Shown here: positions 9,348 to 21,502 of the stretch, piece by piece | How positions within the stretch are numbered: the stretch's first letter is position 1 | Layout: every line of letters starts with the position of its first letter | NCBI GenBank assembly: GCA_000990585.1 | Contig: LBQD01000002.1 | Location: 120,016-184,015 of the forward strand | Source of the DNA: Candidatus Moranbacteria bacterium GW2011_GWE2_35_2- | Lineage (GTDB): Bacteria; Patescibacteriota; Minisyncoccia; Moranbacterales; UBA9337 | Reading direction: 5' to 3' | Length of the DNA: 64,000 bases | Made by a program: the position numbers and the translations under genes | The notes under the pieces: generated by a model | Database searches by the model: none | What the model saw: only the letters and a program-made list of their open reading frames with translations | What the model was told of the DNA's origin: nothing

Positions 9348-11057
9348 ATGGAGGATAAAAATAAAAAACATCAAAAAGATGAAAAAAAATCAAATTCTTC
9401 AATAGTTGACAATGGAGTGGATTCGCTAGAGGAGAGAGCAAAGGAAATGAAAATTCCTTTTTTGAAAAAAGCTCCTTCGGCAGTCAGTGATTCGATTTTG
9501 AGAATAATTCCGGAAAAAACGGCGCGCAATTTTAATATGGTTGCATTTGAAGATTCTGAAAGCAAGGGAGTAAGTGTGGCAATGGTTGATCCGCAGGATA
9601 TTCAAGCACTGGACGTGCTTAGATTTATTGCAGAAAAAGAAAAAAAGGAAATAAATATTCATATAGCTTCTGCGGAAGTGGTAAGGGAAATCATTGATAA
9701 ATATAATACTGCCGAAGAAGCAGTAGAGGCGGTAGTTGAATCGTTTGAATTAGAGAGATTTAAGGATCAAAGATCTTTGTTGGGAAAAAGGAATGTTGAT
9801 GACCAACAAAATAATATACAAGATGCTCCGGTTTCAAAACTTGTAAGTGTGGTAATAAAACATGCTGTTGAAAAAAGAGCTAGTGATATTCATTTGGAGC
9901 CGACTGATGATGGTTATCGTATTAGGTTTCGTGTCGATGGAGTTCTTTATGCATCCTTGATTCTTCCAATGGAAGTAGGAAAGGCTTTTGTTTCGAGAAT
10001 TAAAATACTTTCAAATTTGAAAATAGATGAAAAACGAAAACCGCAAGATGGTAGATTCAATGTGAGTGAAGGCGGAGAAAATATTGATTTTCGCGTTTCT
10101 ACTTTTCCTGTTGTCGGAGGAGAAAAAGTAGTTATGCGTGTTCTTACTAAAGATAAGGGAATTTTTGATTTTAGCAAGCTGGGGCTTATTGGGCATAGCA
10201 AAGAGATTTTATCACGTAAAATTAATGAACCGAATGGAATTATATTAATTACTGGTCCTACCGGAAGCGGAAAATCAACAACATTGTATTCATTTCTTAA
10301 TGTAATCAATCAAGATACAAGAAATATTGTAACGTTGGAAGATCCTGTTGAATATTCAATAGAAGGTGTGAATCAAAGTCAAATTAAGCCGGAAATAGGA
10401 TATGATTTTGCTAACGGGCTACGTTCAATCTTGCGTCAAGACCCTAATGTTATTATGGTAGGAGAAATTCGTGATGGAGAAACAGCTGAGCTGGCAATTC
10501 ATGCCGCGCTTACTGGACATTTGGTTTTTTCTACCCTGCACACTAACAGCGCTATTGGCGCAGTTCCGAGGCTTGTGGACATGGGTATTGAGCCTTTTTT
10601 ACTTTCTTCCTCTCTTAAGGCTGTTGCTGCTCAGAGATTGGTGCGTAAAATTTGTACTTCTTGCAAAGAGGAATTTTCTGTATCCGATAAAGTAAAAAAC
10701 AATCTCTTAGAGGAAATAAAAAATGTGCCAGAAGAAGAATTGAAGAAATATGATCTGGACATATCCAAAGGATTGAAATTTTATAAAGGACGAGGATGTG
10801 AAGAATGTGGGGGGACTGGTTTGAAGGGTCGATTAGCAATTTATGAATGTATTGAGGTTAATGAAAGTATTCAGGAGGCAATCAATGAGGGTAAGGAAAT
10901 GAAAGTGGATGAATTGGCGAAAAGCCAAAAAATGATTACAATGAAGCAAGATGGAATATTGAAAGCGCTCAAAGGGATGACAGCTCTTTCAGAGGTTGAG
11001 AGAGTAACGGAAGGAAGTTTGACTATCGGAGGGGATGTGGATGATGATCGCGGATAA
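9348..11057 (+). CDS. pilB: type IV pilus assembly/extension ATPase PilB (GspE family)
   Basis: Walker A ILITGPTGSGKSTT, the GspE signature, and a C-terminal CxxC...CxxC motif. Confidence 0.9.
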   Translation: MEDKNKKHQKDEKKSNSSIVDNGVDSLEERAKEMKIPFLKKAPSAVSDSILRIIPEKTARNFNMVAFEDSESKGVSVAMVDPQDIQALDVLRFIAEKEKKEINIHIASAEVVREIIDKYNTAEEAVEAVVESFELERFKDQRSLLGKRNVDDQQNNIQDAPVSKLVSVVIKHAVEKRASDIHLEPTDDGYRIRFRVDGVLYASLILPMEVGKAFVSRIKILSNLKIDEKRKPQDGRFNVSEGGENIDFRVSTFPVVGGEKVVMRVLTKDKGIFDFSKLGLIGHSKEILSRKINEPNGIILITGPTGSGKSTTLYSFLNVINQDTRNIVTLEDPVEYSIEGVNQSQIKPEIGYDFANGLRSILRQDPNVIMVGEIRDGETAELAIHAALTGHLVFSTLHTNSAIGAVPRLVDMGIEPFLLSSSLKAVAAQRLVRKICTSCKEEFSVSDKVKNNLLEEIKNVPEEELKKYDLDISKGLKFYKGRGCEECGGTGLKGRLAIYECIEVNESIQEAINEGKEMKVDELAKSQKMITMKQDGILKALKGMTALSEVERVTEGSLTIGGDVDDDRG

Positions 11058-11130
11058 ATATGGTAGAATGAAATTGATTTGAAAAGTATTTTAATTATAA
11101 AACAATAATTAGGTTAATTTTTCGGAAACT

Positions 11131-11505
11131 ATGAAAAATAAAAAGCTGATTTTATTGGTGGAAGATGATATTTTCGTGAAAGATATTTATAATTACAAAC
11201 TTACATCCGAAGGATATGAGGTAGCAGTGGCAGGAAACGGAGCGGAAGCACTTAAATTTATGGAAAGCAGAAAACCGGATCTTATTTTATTGGATATTGT
11301 AATGCCGTTTATGGATGGGAAAGAAACGCTTCGAAAAATAAAATCTAACGATGAATGGAAAACAATTCCAATTATTATGTTAACTAATTTGTCGGAAGCT
11401 GATGATATTGAAGAAGTAGAATCTCTAGGTATAGATAAATATCTAATAAAATCGCATTTTTCTCCATCGGAAGTTTTTGCAAAAATTCAATTGATGATTG
11501 GATAG
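11131..11505 (+). CDS. stand-alone response-regulator receiver (CheY/PilH-like)
   Basis: LLVEDD...LILLDIVMP...K receiver motifs in a 124 aa protein. Confidence 0.85.
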   Translation: MKNKKLILLVEDDIFVKDIYNYKLTSEGYEVAVAGNGAEALKFMESRKPDLILLDIVMPFMDGKETLRKIKSNDEWKTIPIIMLTNLSEADDIEEVESLGIDKYLIKSHFSPSEVFAKIQLMIG

Positions 11506-11605
11506 GTAAAACTAATCATAGAATAGTATTCGCGTGCTTGAAAATCTAATGCTTTTTGTCTGAATGTATAAATTATATAGAAAACAAAAATAAAAAATAA
11601 ATATT

Positions 11606-12682
11606 ATGGAATCATTTCATGTCGAACAAAAAATAAAAAGCCTGCTACTTCTTGTTGCTCAGCAGGGCGCTTCGGATATTCATTTTGTCGTGGGACGTTA
11701 TCCGACGCTTCGGATTGACGGAAAGTTGCAACCAATAGCTAAGGAAAATATTTTAACTGCGGATGATACAAAAGCTATCAGTAAGGTTTTTCTCAGTGAA
11801 GAAAAAAGCAAGGAATTGGCGGAAACCGGAGAAACGGGATTTTCTTATAATTTTGAGAATAAAGCCAGATTTCGCGTGAATGTATTTTTTCAAAAAGGAT
11901 TCATTAGTATCGTTATGCGTCTGGTGCAGACAAAAATCCGAACTCTAGATGAATTAAATATGCCGTCTGCGCTCTATGATTTCACGAAACATTCGCAAGG
12001 ACTTGTTTTGGTTACCGGACCGGTGGGACACGGAAAATCAACTACTATGGCGGCTTTGGTTGATTATATTAATCATAATTATGAGAAAAATATTATTACA
12101 ATTGAAGATCCGATTGAATATATCTACGATCAAGATCGTTGTATTATAAACCAACGAGAAATCGGACAGGATGCGCAGAATTTTGAAAGAGCATTGCGTG
12201 CGGTTTTTCGTGAAGATGCCAACGTTTTGCTTATTGGAGAAATGAGAGATTTGGAAACTATCGCCACTACGCTCACAGCGGCGGAAACCGGACATTTGAT
12301 TTTTGCAACTATTCACACGAATAACAGTGCGGAAACTATCGATCGTATTGTGGATGTTTTTCCTTCTCATCAGCAAAATCAAGTACGTTCGCAATTGGCG
12401 AATGTTCTTCTTGGCGTTATTTCTCAGCGTTTGGTACCGAAGATAGGAGGAGATAGAATTCCAGCCGTTGAAATTATGGTGAAAAACAATGCGGTTGAAA
12501 ATTTGATTCGTGAAAATCGTTCATATCAAATTGACGGAGTAATTGAAACCGGAATGAGAGAAGGAATGGTTTCTTTGGATAAATCGCTTAGTGATTTGGT
12601 GAAAAAAGGATTGATTACGATTGATGATGCTTTTACGTACGCTAAAAATAAGGATTATTTTAAAATGTTAATCAAGAAATGA
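11606..12682 (+). CDS. pilT: twitching-motility retraction ATPase PilT
   Basis: LVLVTGPVGHGKSTT and PilT-family motifs. Confidence 0.9.
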   Translation: MESFHVEQKIKSLLLLVAQQGASDIHFVVGRYPTLRIDGKLQPIAKENILTADDTKAISKVFLSEEKSKELAETGETGFSYNFENKARFRVNVFFQKGFISIVMRLVQTKIRTLDELNMPSALYDFTKHSQGLVLVTGPVGHGKSTTMAALVDYINHNYEKNIITIEDPIEYIYDQDRCIINQREIGQDAQNFERALRAVFREDANVLLIGEMRDLETIATTLTAAETGHLIFATIHTNNSAETIDRIVDVFPSHQQNQVRSQLANVLLGVISQRLVPKIGGDRIPAVEIMVKNNAVENLIRENRSYQIDGVIETGMREGMVSLDKSLSDLVKKGLITIDDAFTYAKNKDYFKMLIKK

Positions 12683-12735
12683 AATTCCAATAAGTCCGAT
12701 TAGTCAAATAAGACAAATAGGACGAATAAAATATT

Positions 12736-13947
12736 ATGAAATTTGTTTTTGAAGCCAAAGATCAAAATGGAAAAGTGAAAAAAGGAAAAGTGGAGGCCGT
12801 CAACAAAGAAACGGCGGTTGAGGTTTTACATCAAAATATGTTAGTTCCTTTTTCTATTGAGCAGGAAAAGGAAATGAACAAGTTTCTCAAAGATTTGCAA
12901 AATTCATGGGATCGAGTGAGTCAGAAAGAATTGATGATTTTTTTTCGTCAATTTTCTACCTTGATTGGAGCTAAAGTTTCAATTATTAATTCTTTGCAGG
13001 CAGTGCGCGAGCAGATGGAAAACAAGGCATTGCGCAGGGTTATTCAGGAAATTTCTAATGATATCGAAGACGGAATGACACTGGCAGAAAGTCTTGAAAA
13101 ACATCCGGAAATTTTTTCAGCTCTCACAGTAAGTACGGTAAAAGCGGGAGAAGTTTCTGGAAATTTGCAAAAATCGATTTCCTATATCGCCGATAATATC
13201 GAGAAAAATTATCAACTTACCGCGAAAATAAAAGGAGCGCTTTTTTATCCGGTATTTGTTATTATTGCCGCATCAATCATCGGTTTTTTGACGATGATTT
13301 TTGTCATACCTAAACTTACTCAAGTTATTATTGATATGGGAGCGGAAATTCCTTGGTATACTCAAGTGATAATTACTACTTCTAGTTTTTTTGAAAATTA
13401 TTGGTGGGCGATTTTGGTGGTTATTTTGGGGGTTGTCGGAGGGAGTATGTATTACACTAGAACGGAATCCGGAAAAAGAGATTGGGATTTTGTTGTTTTG
13501 AAAATTCCAATTATTGGAAAATTGGCGCGATATGTATATATAACCAGATTTTCTAGTAATTTTTCAATGCTTTTAGCGGGAGGAATTCCGATTGTGCAGG
13601 CGCTTGTGGTGGTAAGCGAAGTTGTCAATAATACTATTTACAAGGGAATCATTCTTCGTGGCGCGGATGAGGTCAAGGCAGGGGGAAATATTAGCAGTAT
13701 TTTTTCCCGGTCGACATATATTCCCGTAATTGTCACCAGAATGATAAAAATAGGAGAAGAGACGGGAGAGATGAATGGTTCGCTTGACAGTATCGCCAGT
13801 TTTTATGAAAAAGAAACGGATAATATTGTTCGTAATTTGACATCATTGATTGAACCGGTTTTGATTGTGTTTTTGGGAATTGGTGTGGCAGTTTTGGTTT
13901 TTGCGATTTTGCTGCCAATATATAACATTACGGGAAATATTAAGTAG
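12736..13947 (+). CDS. pilC: type IV pilus inner-membrane platform protein PilC (GspF family)
   Basis: Two T2SS-F-like repeats and TM segments. Confidence 0.85.
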   Translation: MKFVFEAKDQNGKVKKGKVEAVNKETAVEVLHQNMLVPFSIEQEKEMNKFLKDLQNSWDRVSQKELMIFFRQFSTLIGAKVSIINSLQAVREQMENKALRRVIQEISNDIEDGMTLAESLEKHPEIFSALTVSTVKAGEVSGNLQKSISYIADNIEKNYQLTAKIKGALFYPVFVIIAASIIGFLTMIFVIPKLTQVIIDMGAEIPWYTQVIITTSSFFENYWWAILVVILGVVGGSMYYTRTESGKRDWDFVVLKIPIIGKLARYVYITRFSSNFSMLLAGGIPIVQALVVVSEVVNNTIYKGIILRGADEVKAGGNISSIFSRSTYIPVIVTRMIKIGEETGEMNGSLDSIASFYEKETDNIVRNLTSLIEPVLIVFLGIGVAVLVFAILLPIYNITGNIK

Positions 13948-14049
13948 TTCTATGTTTTATATTGAGGGTGTGATATAATTATTGTAAGGAAATTGGGATA
14001 GGTTTAAATATAGAAAATAAAAATTAAAAAAAAGAATGGAGGTGAAAAT

Positions 14050-14403
14050 ATGAAAAATACAATGAAAAAAGGTTTTACATTGATCGAACTTTTGATTGTT
14101 ATTGCAATTATCGGTATCTTGGCTTCCATCGTTTTGGTATCCTTGAACAGTGCGAGAACAAAAGCTAGGGATGCTCAGTTTAAGGCACAAGCTTCCAGTG
14201 TTCATGCGGCGGTTGTTATAGATTGTGATGATGGAACATATAATACTACCGAAGCTCTGCCTGATCCAACATCGTGGACAACTACTCCTGTTTGCGGATC
14301 TAGTGGAATTATCACATCCGGAGTTCTTGCGCCAGGCGCAACTGGAACTGCATGTACTTCGGCTACAATTTCAAATACTGGAGTTGTTTTTGCGGACTGC
14401 TAA
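14050..14403 (+). CDS. pilA: type IV major pilin (prepilin, class III signal G|FTLIELLIV)
   Basis: Prepilin motif [20 protein letters not shown], with RBS GGAGGTG. Confidence 0.9.
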   Translation: MKNTMKKGFTLIELLIVIAIIGILASIVLVSLNSARTKARDAQFKAQASSVHAAVVIDCDDGTYNTTEALPDPTSWTTTPVCGSSGIITSGVLAPGATGTACTSATISNTGVVFADC

Positions 14404-14474
14404 TTTTAGTCTTTTTACCTACTAACATAAAGTTGGTAGGTATATGAGGTTAAAATTGTTTTATATTTTATATA

Positions 14475-14900
14475 ATGTTAAAAAAATATTTATTTACAGA
14501 AAGACAAGGGTTTACATTAATCGAGCTTTTGATTGTTATTGCAATTATCGGTATTTTGGCTTCCATCGTTTTGGTATCCTTGAATAGCGCGAGAATTAAG
14601 GCTAGGGATGCGTCATTCAAATCAACCGCGTCCAGTGTGAATGCGGCGGCAATGATGTGTTGTAATTCTGAAGGAATAATTCAAGAAAAAAATGCGGGTG
14701 ATGGTGGCGCGGTGGCAATTTGTAATCCTGCCCAAGGAACAGTCTATCCGGATGATGCAAATTTGGAAACAGCGGTTGTGAACACCGCTTGCGCCAATGA
14801 TCATTATCAAATTACTGTTACACCTGGAACAGGAAACCTTGGGACTTGTACTAGTGCGACATTTAATCAAACTGGAATTATCGGCTATGCCGGATGCTAA
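14475..14900 (+). CDS. type IV pilin paralog (second major-pilin-like gene)
   Basis: [30 protein letters not shown]; the first ~100 nt of the mature N-terminus are ~90% identical to pilA. Confidence 0.85.
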   Translation: MLKKYLFTERQGFTLIELLIVIAIIGILASIVLVSLNSARIKARDASFKSTASSVNAAAMMCCNSEGIIQEKNAGDGGAVAICNPAQGTVYPDDANLETAVVNTACANDHYQITVTPGTGNLGTCTSATFNQTGIIGYAGC

Positions 14901-14956
14901 TTTTCAAGGAATTAGGAATCGAGACATATTTATAGGGTATTTACTTTTTTGAAGAT

Positions 14957-15754
14957 ATGATTATTTTAATTTTTTTTATCGGCGGTTTAATAACAGGGAG
15001 TTTTTTAAATGTTGTTGTATATCGATTGAATTTGGCAGAGTCGATGTTCGCTGGGCGATCGATGTGTCCGCATTGCAAAGCCAAAATCCGTTGGTATGAC
15101 AACATTCCGCTTCTTAGCTTTGTTCTTCTGCGGGCTGAGTGTCGCGATTGCAAGGGAAAAATTTCATGGCAATATCCATTGGTGGAATTTTTGACAGGAT
15201 TGTTTTTTGCGTTAATCGGTATGTGTTTTTTTTCTCTGACAGATTATCAGTCTTGGATTGAAACCGGATTTTTATTAGTGCTTTTTTCCGCGCTAATGGT
15301 GATTTTTGCTTATGATTTGAAGTTTATGGAAATCCCGATGATTTTTTTGTGGGCGGGAATCGGCTGGACACTGGTATTTTATATATATTTTGACGCAGTT
15401 AATTTTTCTGAATTTGCTTCAATGTTTTCTTCACAAACATTTTCCGGAATAATTGGTGCGTTTGTTGCTTGGGTATTCTTTTTTTCAATGGCATTTTTTT
15501 CCAAGGAGAAATGGATGGGAATGGGTGATGCTTATTTGGCGATACTTGTCGGACTTACAGTTGGATGGCCGAAAATTTTCCTAACATTAGTACTTTCTTT
15601 TTTATCGGGAGCGATTTTTAGTATATTTTTGATTTTATCTAAGAAAAAAAGCATGAAAAGCCAAGTGCCCTTCGCGCCTTTTTTGGTAATTGGAACAATC
15701 GCAACTCTTTTCTTATATCAAGCCTTTCCTCAATATTTGAAGTACTTGTTTTGA
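14957..15754 (+). CDS. pilD: prepilin peptidase PilD (A24 family)
   Basis: Zinc-binding CPHC...CRDC region and multi-TM peptidase A24 motifs. Confidence 0.85.
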   Translation: MIILIFFIGGLITGSFLNVVVYRLNLAESMFAGRSMCPHCKAKIRWYDNIPLLSFVLLRAECRDCKGKISWQYPLVEFLTGLFFALIGMCFFSLTDYQSWIETGFLLVLFSALMVIFAYDLKFMEIPMIFLWAGIGWTLVFYIYFDAVNFSEFASMFSSQTFSGIIGAFVAWVFFFSMAFFSKEKWMGMGDAYLAILVGLTVGWPKIFLTLVLSFLSGAIFSIFLILSKKKSMKSQVPFAPFLVIGTIATLFLYQAFPQYLKYLF

Positions 15755-15757
15755 AAT

Positions 15758-16375
15758 ATGATAAAAATAAAAAATAAATTTGTTCCAGGGTTTACTCTTC
15801 TTGAGGTTCTGGTCACAGTTGCCATTATTGGAATAATGGCAACTGTGGCACTTGTTTCAACGCAGAGAGGAAAAATCGACAAGGAAGTAAGCGTAGCGGC
15901 AGAACAGGTGGCTTCCAGTATTCGCGAGGCGCAAAATTACGCGCTGTCCGGAAAACAGCCGGATGCGACTAATACCGCTTGCGGCTTTGGTTTCAGAAGA
16001 AGTAGCGCAAATGCTTATAGTGTTTTTTATAATCATACTACGGAAGATTTAGTCACTTGTAATGCGATTATTAAATATTATAGTACCACTATTCCTAATC
16101 AGGTTTCAGCTAGTCTTAATTCTTCTGGTATTATTCTTCCAAATGGAGTTTCTTTCTATAATAATGCATCTACCGGAGCTATGAACTCTCAGATAGTTTA
16201 TTTTTTGATTCCTTTTGCGATTGTATATAATTTTGATGGAGATACTCTTGGAGCAATAAAAACAATTATGGTTGGAAAAGATTCTATTTATTATGCTATT
16301 TGCGTGAGTCCCGTGGGAGCTGTTGAAGTAAAGAAGGTTGAGGGTGATGAAGCGACATTTGATTGTGATAATTAG
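15758..16375 (+). CDS. minor pilin / pseudopilin (FimT/FimU-like)
   Basis: N-terminal GFTLLEVLVTVAIIGIM. Confidence 0.7.
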   Translation: MIKIKNKFVPGFTLLEVLVTVAIIGIMATVALVSTQRGKIDKEVSVAAEQVASSIREAQNYALSGKQPDATNTACGFGFRRSSANAYSVFYNHTTEDLVTCNAIIKYYSTTIPNQVSASLNSSGIILPNGVSFYNNASTGAMNSQIVYFLIPFAIVYNFDGDTLGAIKTIMVGKDSIYYAICVSPVGAVEVKKVEGDEATFDCDN

Positions 16376-16385
16376 TTTAATAGTT

Positions 16386-17000
16386 ATGAAATCAAAAATT
16401 AAAAATAAAAAGTTTTTAATTTCAATCAAGCGAGGGTTTTCTATCGGCGAAGTACTTCTAGCAGCCTTTGTTTTGAGTGTGGCGATGCTGGCGGCGGTTA
16501 ATCTTTTGATTGCCGGTTTTTCTAATTCCGCTGATAGTCGCGATCGCATTATTGCATCAATGTTAGTGCAAGAAGGAATTGAAATTGCTAGAAACGTTAG
16601 GGATAATAATTGGGCGACAGGAAAGGTTACTTTTAGTAATACTAATTTTCCGGACGTGAGTCGTGCTGCAGATAATACTCCTCTCGGATGTGCGCTTGAT
16701 AAAAATTCATTGGCGATTCGTGGTACTTGCGATAGCGCAGCAGTTTCAAAGGTTTTAAAAATCAATGCTGATGGATATTATATGAAAGTAGGTGCGACTA
16801 TAACAAAATTTAAAAGAAAAGTGATGATTCAATATTTTAATTCAAGCGGAGCTCCTTCAGATAGAGCCAGTGCTGCCACTGCAAAATTGACTAGTGTGGT
16901 GATTTGGGGAACTGATTGGCCAAAGATTGATCTTTCGGATTGTAGTACTGCGACTCGATGTGTTGCTGCGGTATCTATTTTGACAAAATGGGGAGAGTAA
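16386..17000 (+). CDS. minor pilin (PilV-like)
   Basis: RGFSIGEVLLAAFVLSVAM prepilin-like motif. The internal start avoids overlap with the upstream gene. Confidence 0.65.
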   Translation: MKSKIKNKKFLISIKRGFSIGEVLLAAFVLSVAMLAAVNLLIAGFSNSADSRDRIIASMLVQEGIEIARNVRDNNWATGKVTFSNTNFPDVSRAADNTPLGCALDKNSLAIRGTCDSAAVSKVLKINADGYYMKVGATITKFKRKVMIQYFNSSGAPSDRASAATAKLTSVVIWGTDWPKIDLSDCSTATRCVAAVSILTKWGE

Positions 17001-17025
17001 AATATTTAAAAATAACAGGTGTCAT

Positions 17026-17589
17026 ATGAAGATGTTAAAAATAAAAAATAAAAAAGGATATACTTTTTTGGAGGTAATAGTTTCAGTTTCCATCTTCGTT
17101 ATTATAATAGCCGCTTCCACGGATGCTTTTTCTAATTTGTTTAATAATTATCGAAAAATTCGCGATTTTCAGGAAAGTATAGAAAATGTTCAGTTTGCAA
17201 TGAGTGAGATAGCGAAAGTTCTCAGAACTAGTTCGATTGTTGATGATGGAAATTCTTTTGTCCAAGCTTTTGATTATTCGCAAGAAATTTGCGTGCGTTA
17301 TGAGATAAACGGCGGTCAATTAATGCGTGCATATGATGACAGTATGGCAACGAGTATTGATCCGTTGAGTGATTGTTCTGCTAGAAATTTTGCGGCGGAT
17401 GAATTTTTAAAAATGACAACTGGATCAATAAGTGGAAGTTTCAGTACAGTCTCCTCAAGTTCTGTCGTTGGATCTGAGGAAGTGGGAAAGGTCACGATTA
17501 TGCTTAACATCCAAAAAGGAGATTCAGAATTGATAAAACTGCAATCCTCTGTTTCTTTGCGTGATTATGAAAAAGCAGGCATTCAGTAA
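17026..17589 (+). CDS. minor pilin (PilW-like)
   Basis: KKGYTFLEVIVSVSIFVII. Confidence 0.65.
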   Translation: MKMLKIKNKKGYTFLEVIVSVSIFVIIIAASTDAFSNLFNNYRKIRDFQESIENVQFAMSEIAKVLRTSSIVDDGNSFVQAFDYSQEICVRYEINGGQLMRAYDDSMATSIDPLSDCSARNFAADEFLKMTTGSISGSFSTVSSSSVVGSEEVGKVTIMLNIQKGDSELIKLQSSVSLRDYEKAGIQ

Positions 17590-17617
17590 ATTAGTGGAAA
17601 TAATCTTTTGAAAATTT

Positions 17618-18964
17618 ATGAAAATTAAAAGAAAAAAAGGTTCAGTGTTGGTATTTACTTTAATTATTGTTCTTACGATTTTGGTTATTTCATTGGGAGC
17701 AGTAACTATTTCAACTACTGAATTGCGCTCGTCTTCTTCAACCGATAAAGCGACAATGGCTTTTCAAATTGCTGATACTGGCATGGAATCAATATTAGAG
17801 AAGATAAAAAGTTCTAATTATCTTGATGATACCATTCTGGAAGTTTTTTCGGATTGTGTAGATGGAAAAATATTAGAAATAATTGATGCAAATAAACAGT
17901 ATGAAATAGAATTTTTCAAGTATGATGATTCCCCGCTTGAGTGTAATGATAGAGTCGGAGATATCGGAAAAGCAAAATCATCAGGAAGTTATCTGTCTGT
18001 TGAGCGTGCCGTAAGCTCAAGTGTTTGTGTTTCCGGTTGGGAAAAAATAGGGGCAAATGATGGTAATTGGGATGGAATTGCGACTTCAAATGATGGAAAA
18101 AAGTTGGCAGCGGTTATTCGAGGGGGACAAATTTATACGTCAATTGATGGAGGAGAAATATGGACAGATAGAGAAAGTGATCGAAATTGGGATGTGATAG
18201 CTTCTTCAGGGAACGGGAATACTCTTTTGGCTGCGGATCAAGGGGGAATGTTGTATTTATCTATTGATTCCGGAATAAATTGGGATGCTCAATCTGATTG
18301 CGGAAATCATATATGGACGTCAGTTGCTGTTTCTGATGACGGAACACATTTGGGCGCAGTTTATCGTCCTGGTAATATTTGGATTTCTAATGATTCGGGA
18401 AATAATTGGAATGAAGAAACGGTCGAAGGCGGTGTTGCTCAGGGGTGGTTGGGAATTGCTTTTTCTGCTGATGGAGAAAAAGTGGTGGCAGTCAATGATA
18501 ATGTTAGCGGAGGGGAAATTTATATTTCATCGGATGGTGGAGATAGCTGGTCTCGTAAAAATTCGGGACTTGGAAGTTTACCGGCAGTAGCTGTTTCAGA
18601 TGATGGAAATAAAATAGCGGTAGGTAGATATGGAGGGCAGGTATATCGTTCAATTGATGGTGGAGATAATTGGTTGGCAGTTTCTAATTCTGGTTCAGGA
18701 AATTTATCTTCTGTGGCAATGTCTTCTGATGGAACGAAAGTTGTAGTTGCCAAGGGTACTGTTCCTCCAGCAGGAGCATTAGAGGGTTATGTGTATATTT
18801 CAAATGAAGGAGGAGATATAGGTACATGGAAAATGCATGATCCTGCTGAAGATGCAAGAGATTGGTCGCATGATTCTTTGGCAATATCGGAAGATGGAAA
18901 ACAAATTTTTGCCGCAACATATGATGTGACGGATGGAATTTGGAAATATCACGGGTGTAAATAA
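17618..18964 (+). CDS. PilX-like pilus-associated protein fused to a BNR (Asp-box) repeat beta-propeller
   Basis: The N-terminus KKGSVLVFTLIIVLTILVISLG...ELRSSSS...AFQIADTGMES is PilX_N-like. At least 6 S-x-D-x-G-x-x-W repeats follow (SIDGGEIW, SIDSGINW, SNDSGNNW, SSDGGDSW, SIDGGDNW). Confidence 0.65.
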   Translation: MKIKRKKGSVLVFTLIIVLTILVISLGAVTISTTELRSSSSTDKATMAFQIADTGMESILEKIKSSNYLDDTILEVFSDCVDGKILEIIDANKQYEIEFFKYDDSPLECNDRVGDIGKAKSSGSYLSVERAVSSSVCVSGWEKIGANDGNWDGIATSNDGKKLAAVIRGGQIYTSIDGGEIWTDRESDRNWDVIASSGNGNTLLAADQGGMLYLSIDSGINWDAQSDCGNHIWTSVAVSDDGTHLGAVYRPGNIWISNDSGNNWNEETVEGGVAQGWLGIAFSADGEKVVAVNDNVSGGEIYISSDGGDSWSRKNSGLGSLPAVAVSDDGNKIAVGRYGGQVYRSIDGGDNWLAVSNSGSGNLSSVAMSSDGTKVVVAKGTVPPAGALEGYVYISNEGGDIGTWKMHDPAEDARDWSHDSLAISEDGKQIFAATYDVTDGIWKYHGCK

Positions 18965-18982
18965 ATAAAAAAGTAATTCAGT

Positions 18983-19008
18983 AAAACCGGTAGAACCCCG
19001 GTTTTTTG
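18983..19008 (+). terminator. rho-independent terminator AAAACCGG-tagaacc-CCGGTTTTTT
   Basis: Stem-loop plus T-run after the pilus operon. Confidence 0.7.
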
Positions 19009-19015
19009 ATTGTGA

Positions 19016-21124
<2,109 letters not shown>

Positions 21125-21194
21125 TTAAAACTTACCTATTCAAAAAATACTTGTTCGATTTTTGTTTAAGTGCGTAAAATAATAGCTAAATAGT

Positions 21195-21482
21195 ATGCTA
21201 ACCAAGCAAGAAATAAAAAATGTTGCCGCATTGGCTCGATTAGGACTTCAAGAAGAAAATATCGAAAGATATCAAAAAGATCTTTCCGGCATTTTGGATT
21301 ATTTCAAACAAATGGAAGAACTGGATACGGAAAATATTCAGCCAATCGGACATATTGCCGGAACCAGTAATGTTTTTCGTGAGGATCAAAAAAAAGAACT
21401 TGATGAAAAAGAGAGAAATGCGATTTTGAAAAATGCTCCGGAGATAAAAAATGATCTGATAAAAGTAAGAAGTGTTTTGTAG
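21195..21482 (+). CDS. gatC: Asp/Glu-tRNA amidotransferase subunit C
   Basis: 95 aa GatC-like protein directly upstream of gatA. Confidence 0.8.
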   Translation: MLTKQEIKNVAALARLGLQEENIERYQKDLSGILDYFKQMEELDTENIQPIGHIAGTSNVFREDQKKELDEKERNAILKNAPEIKNDLIKVRSVL

Positions 21483-21502
21483 GTAATTTTTATTTTTTTG
21501 CA

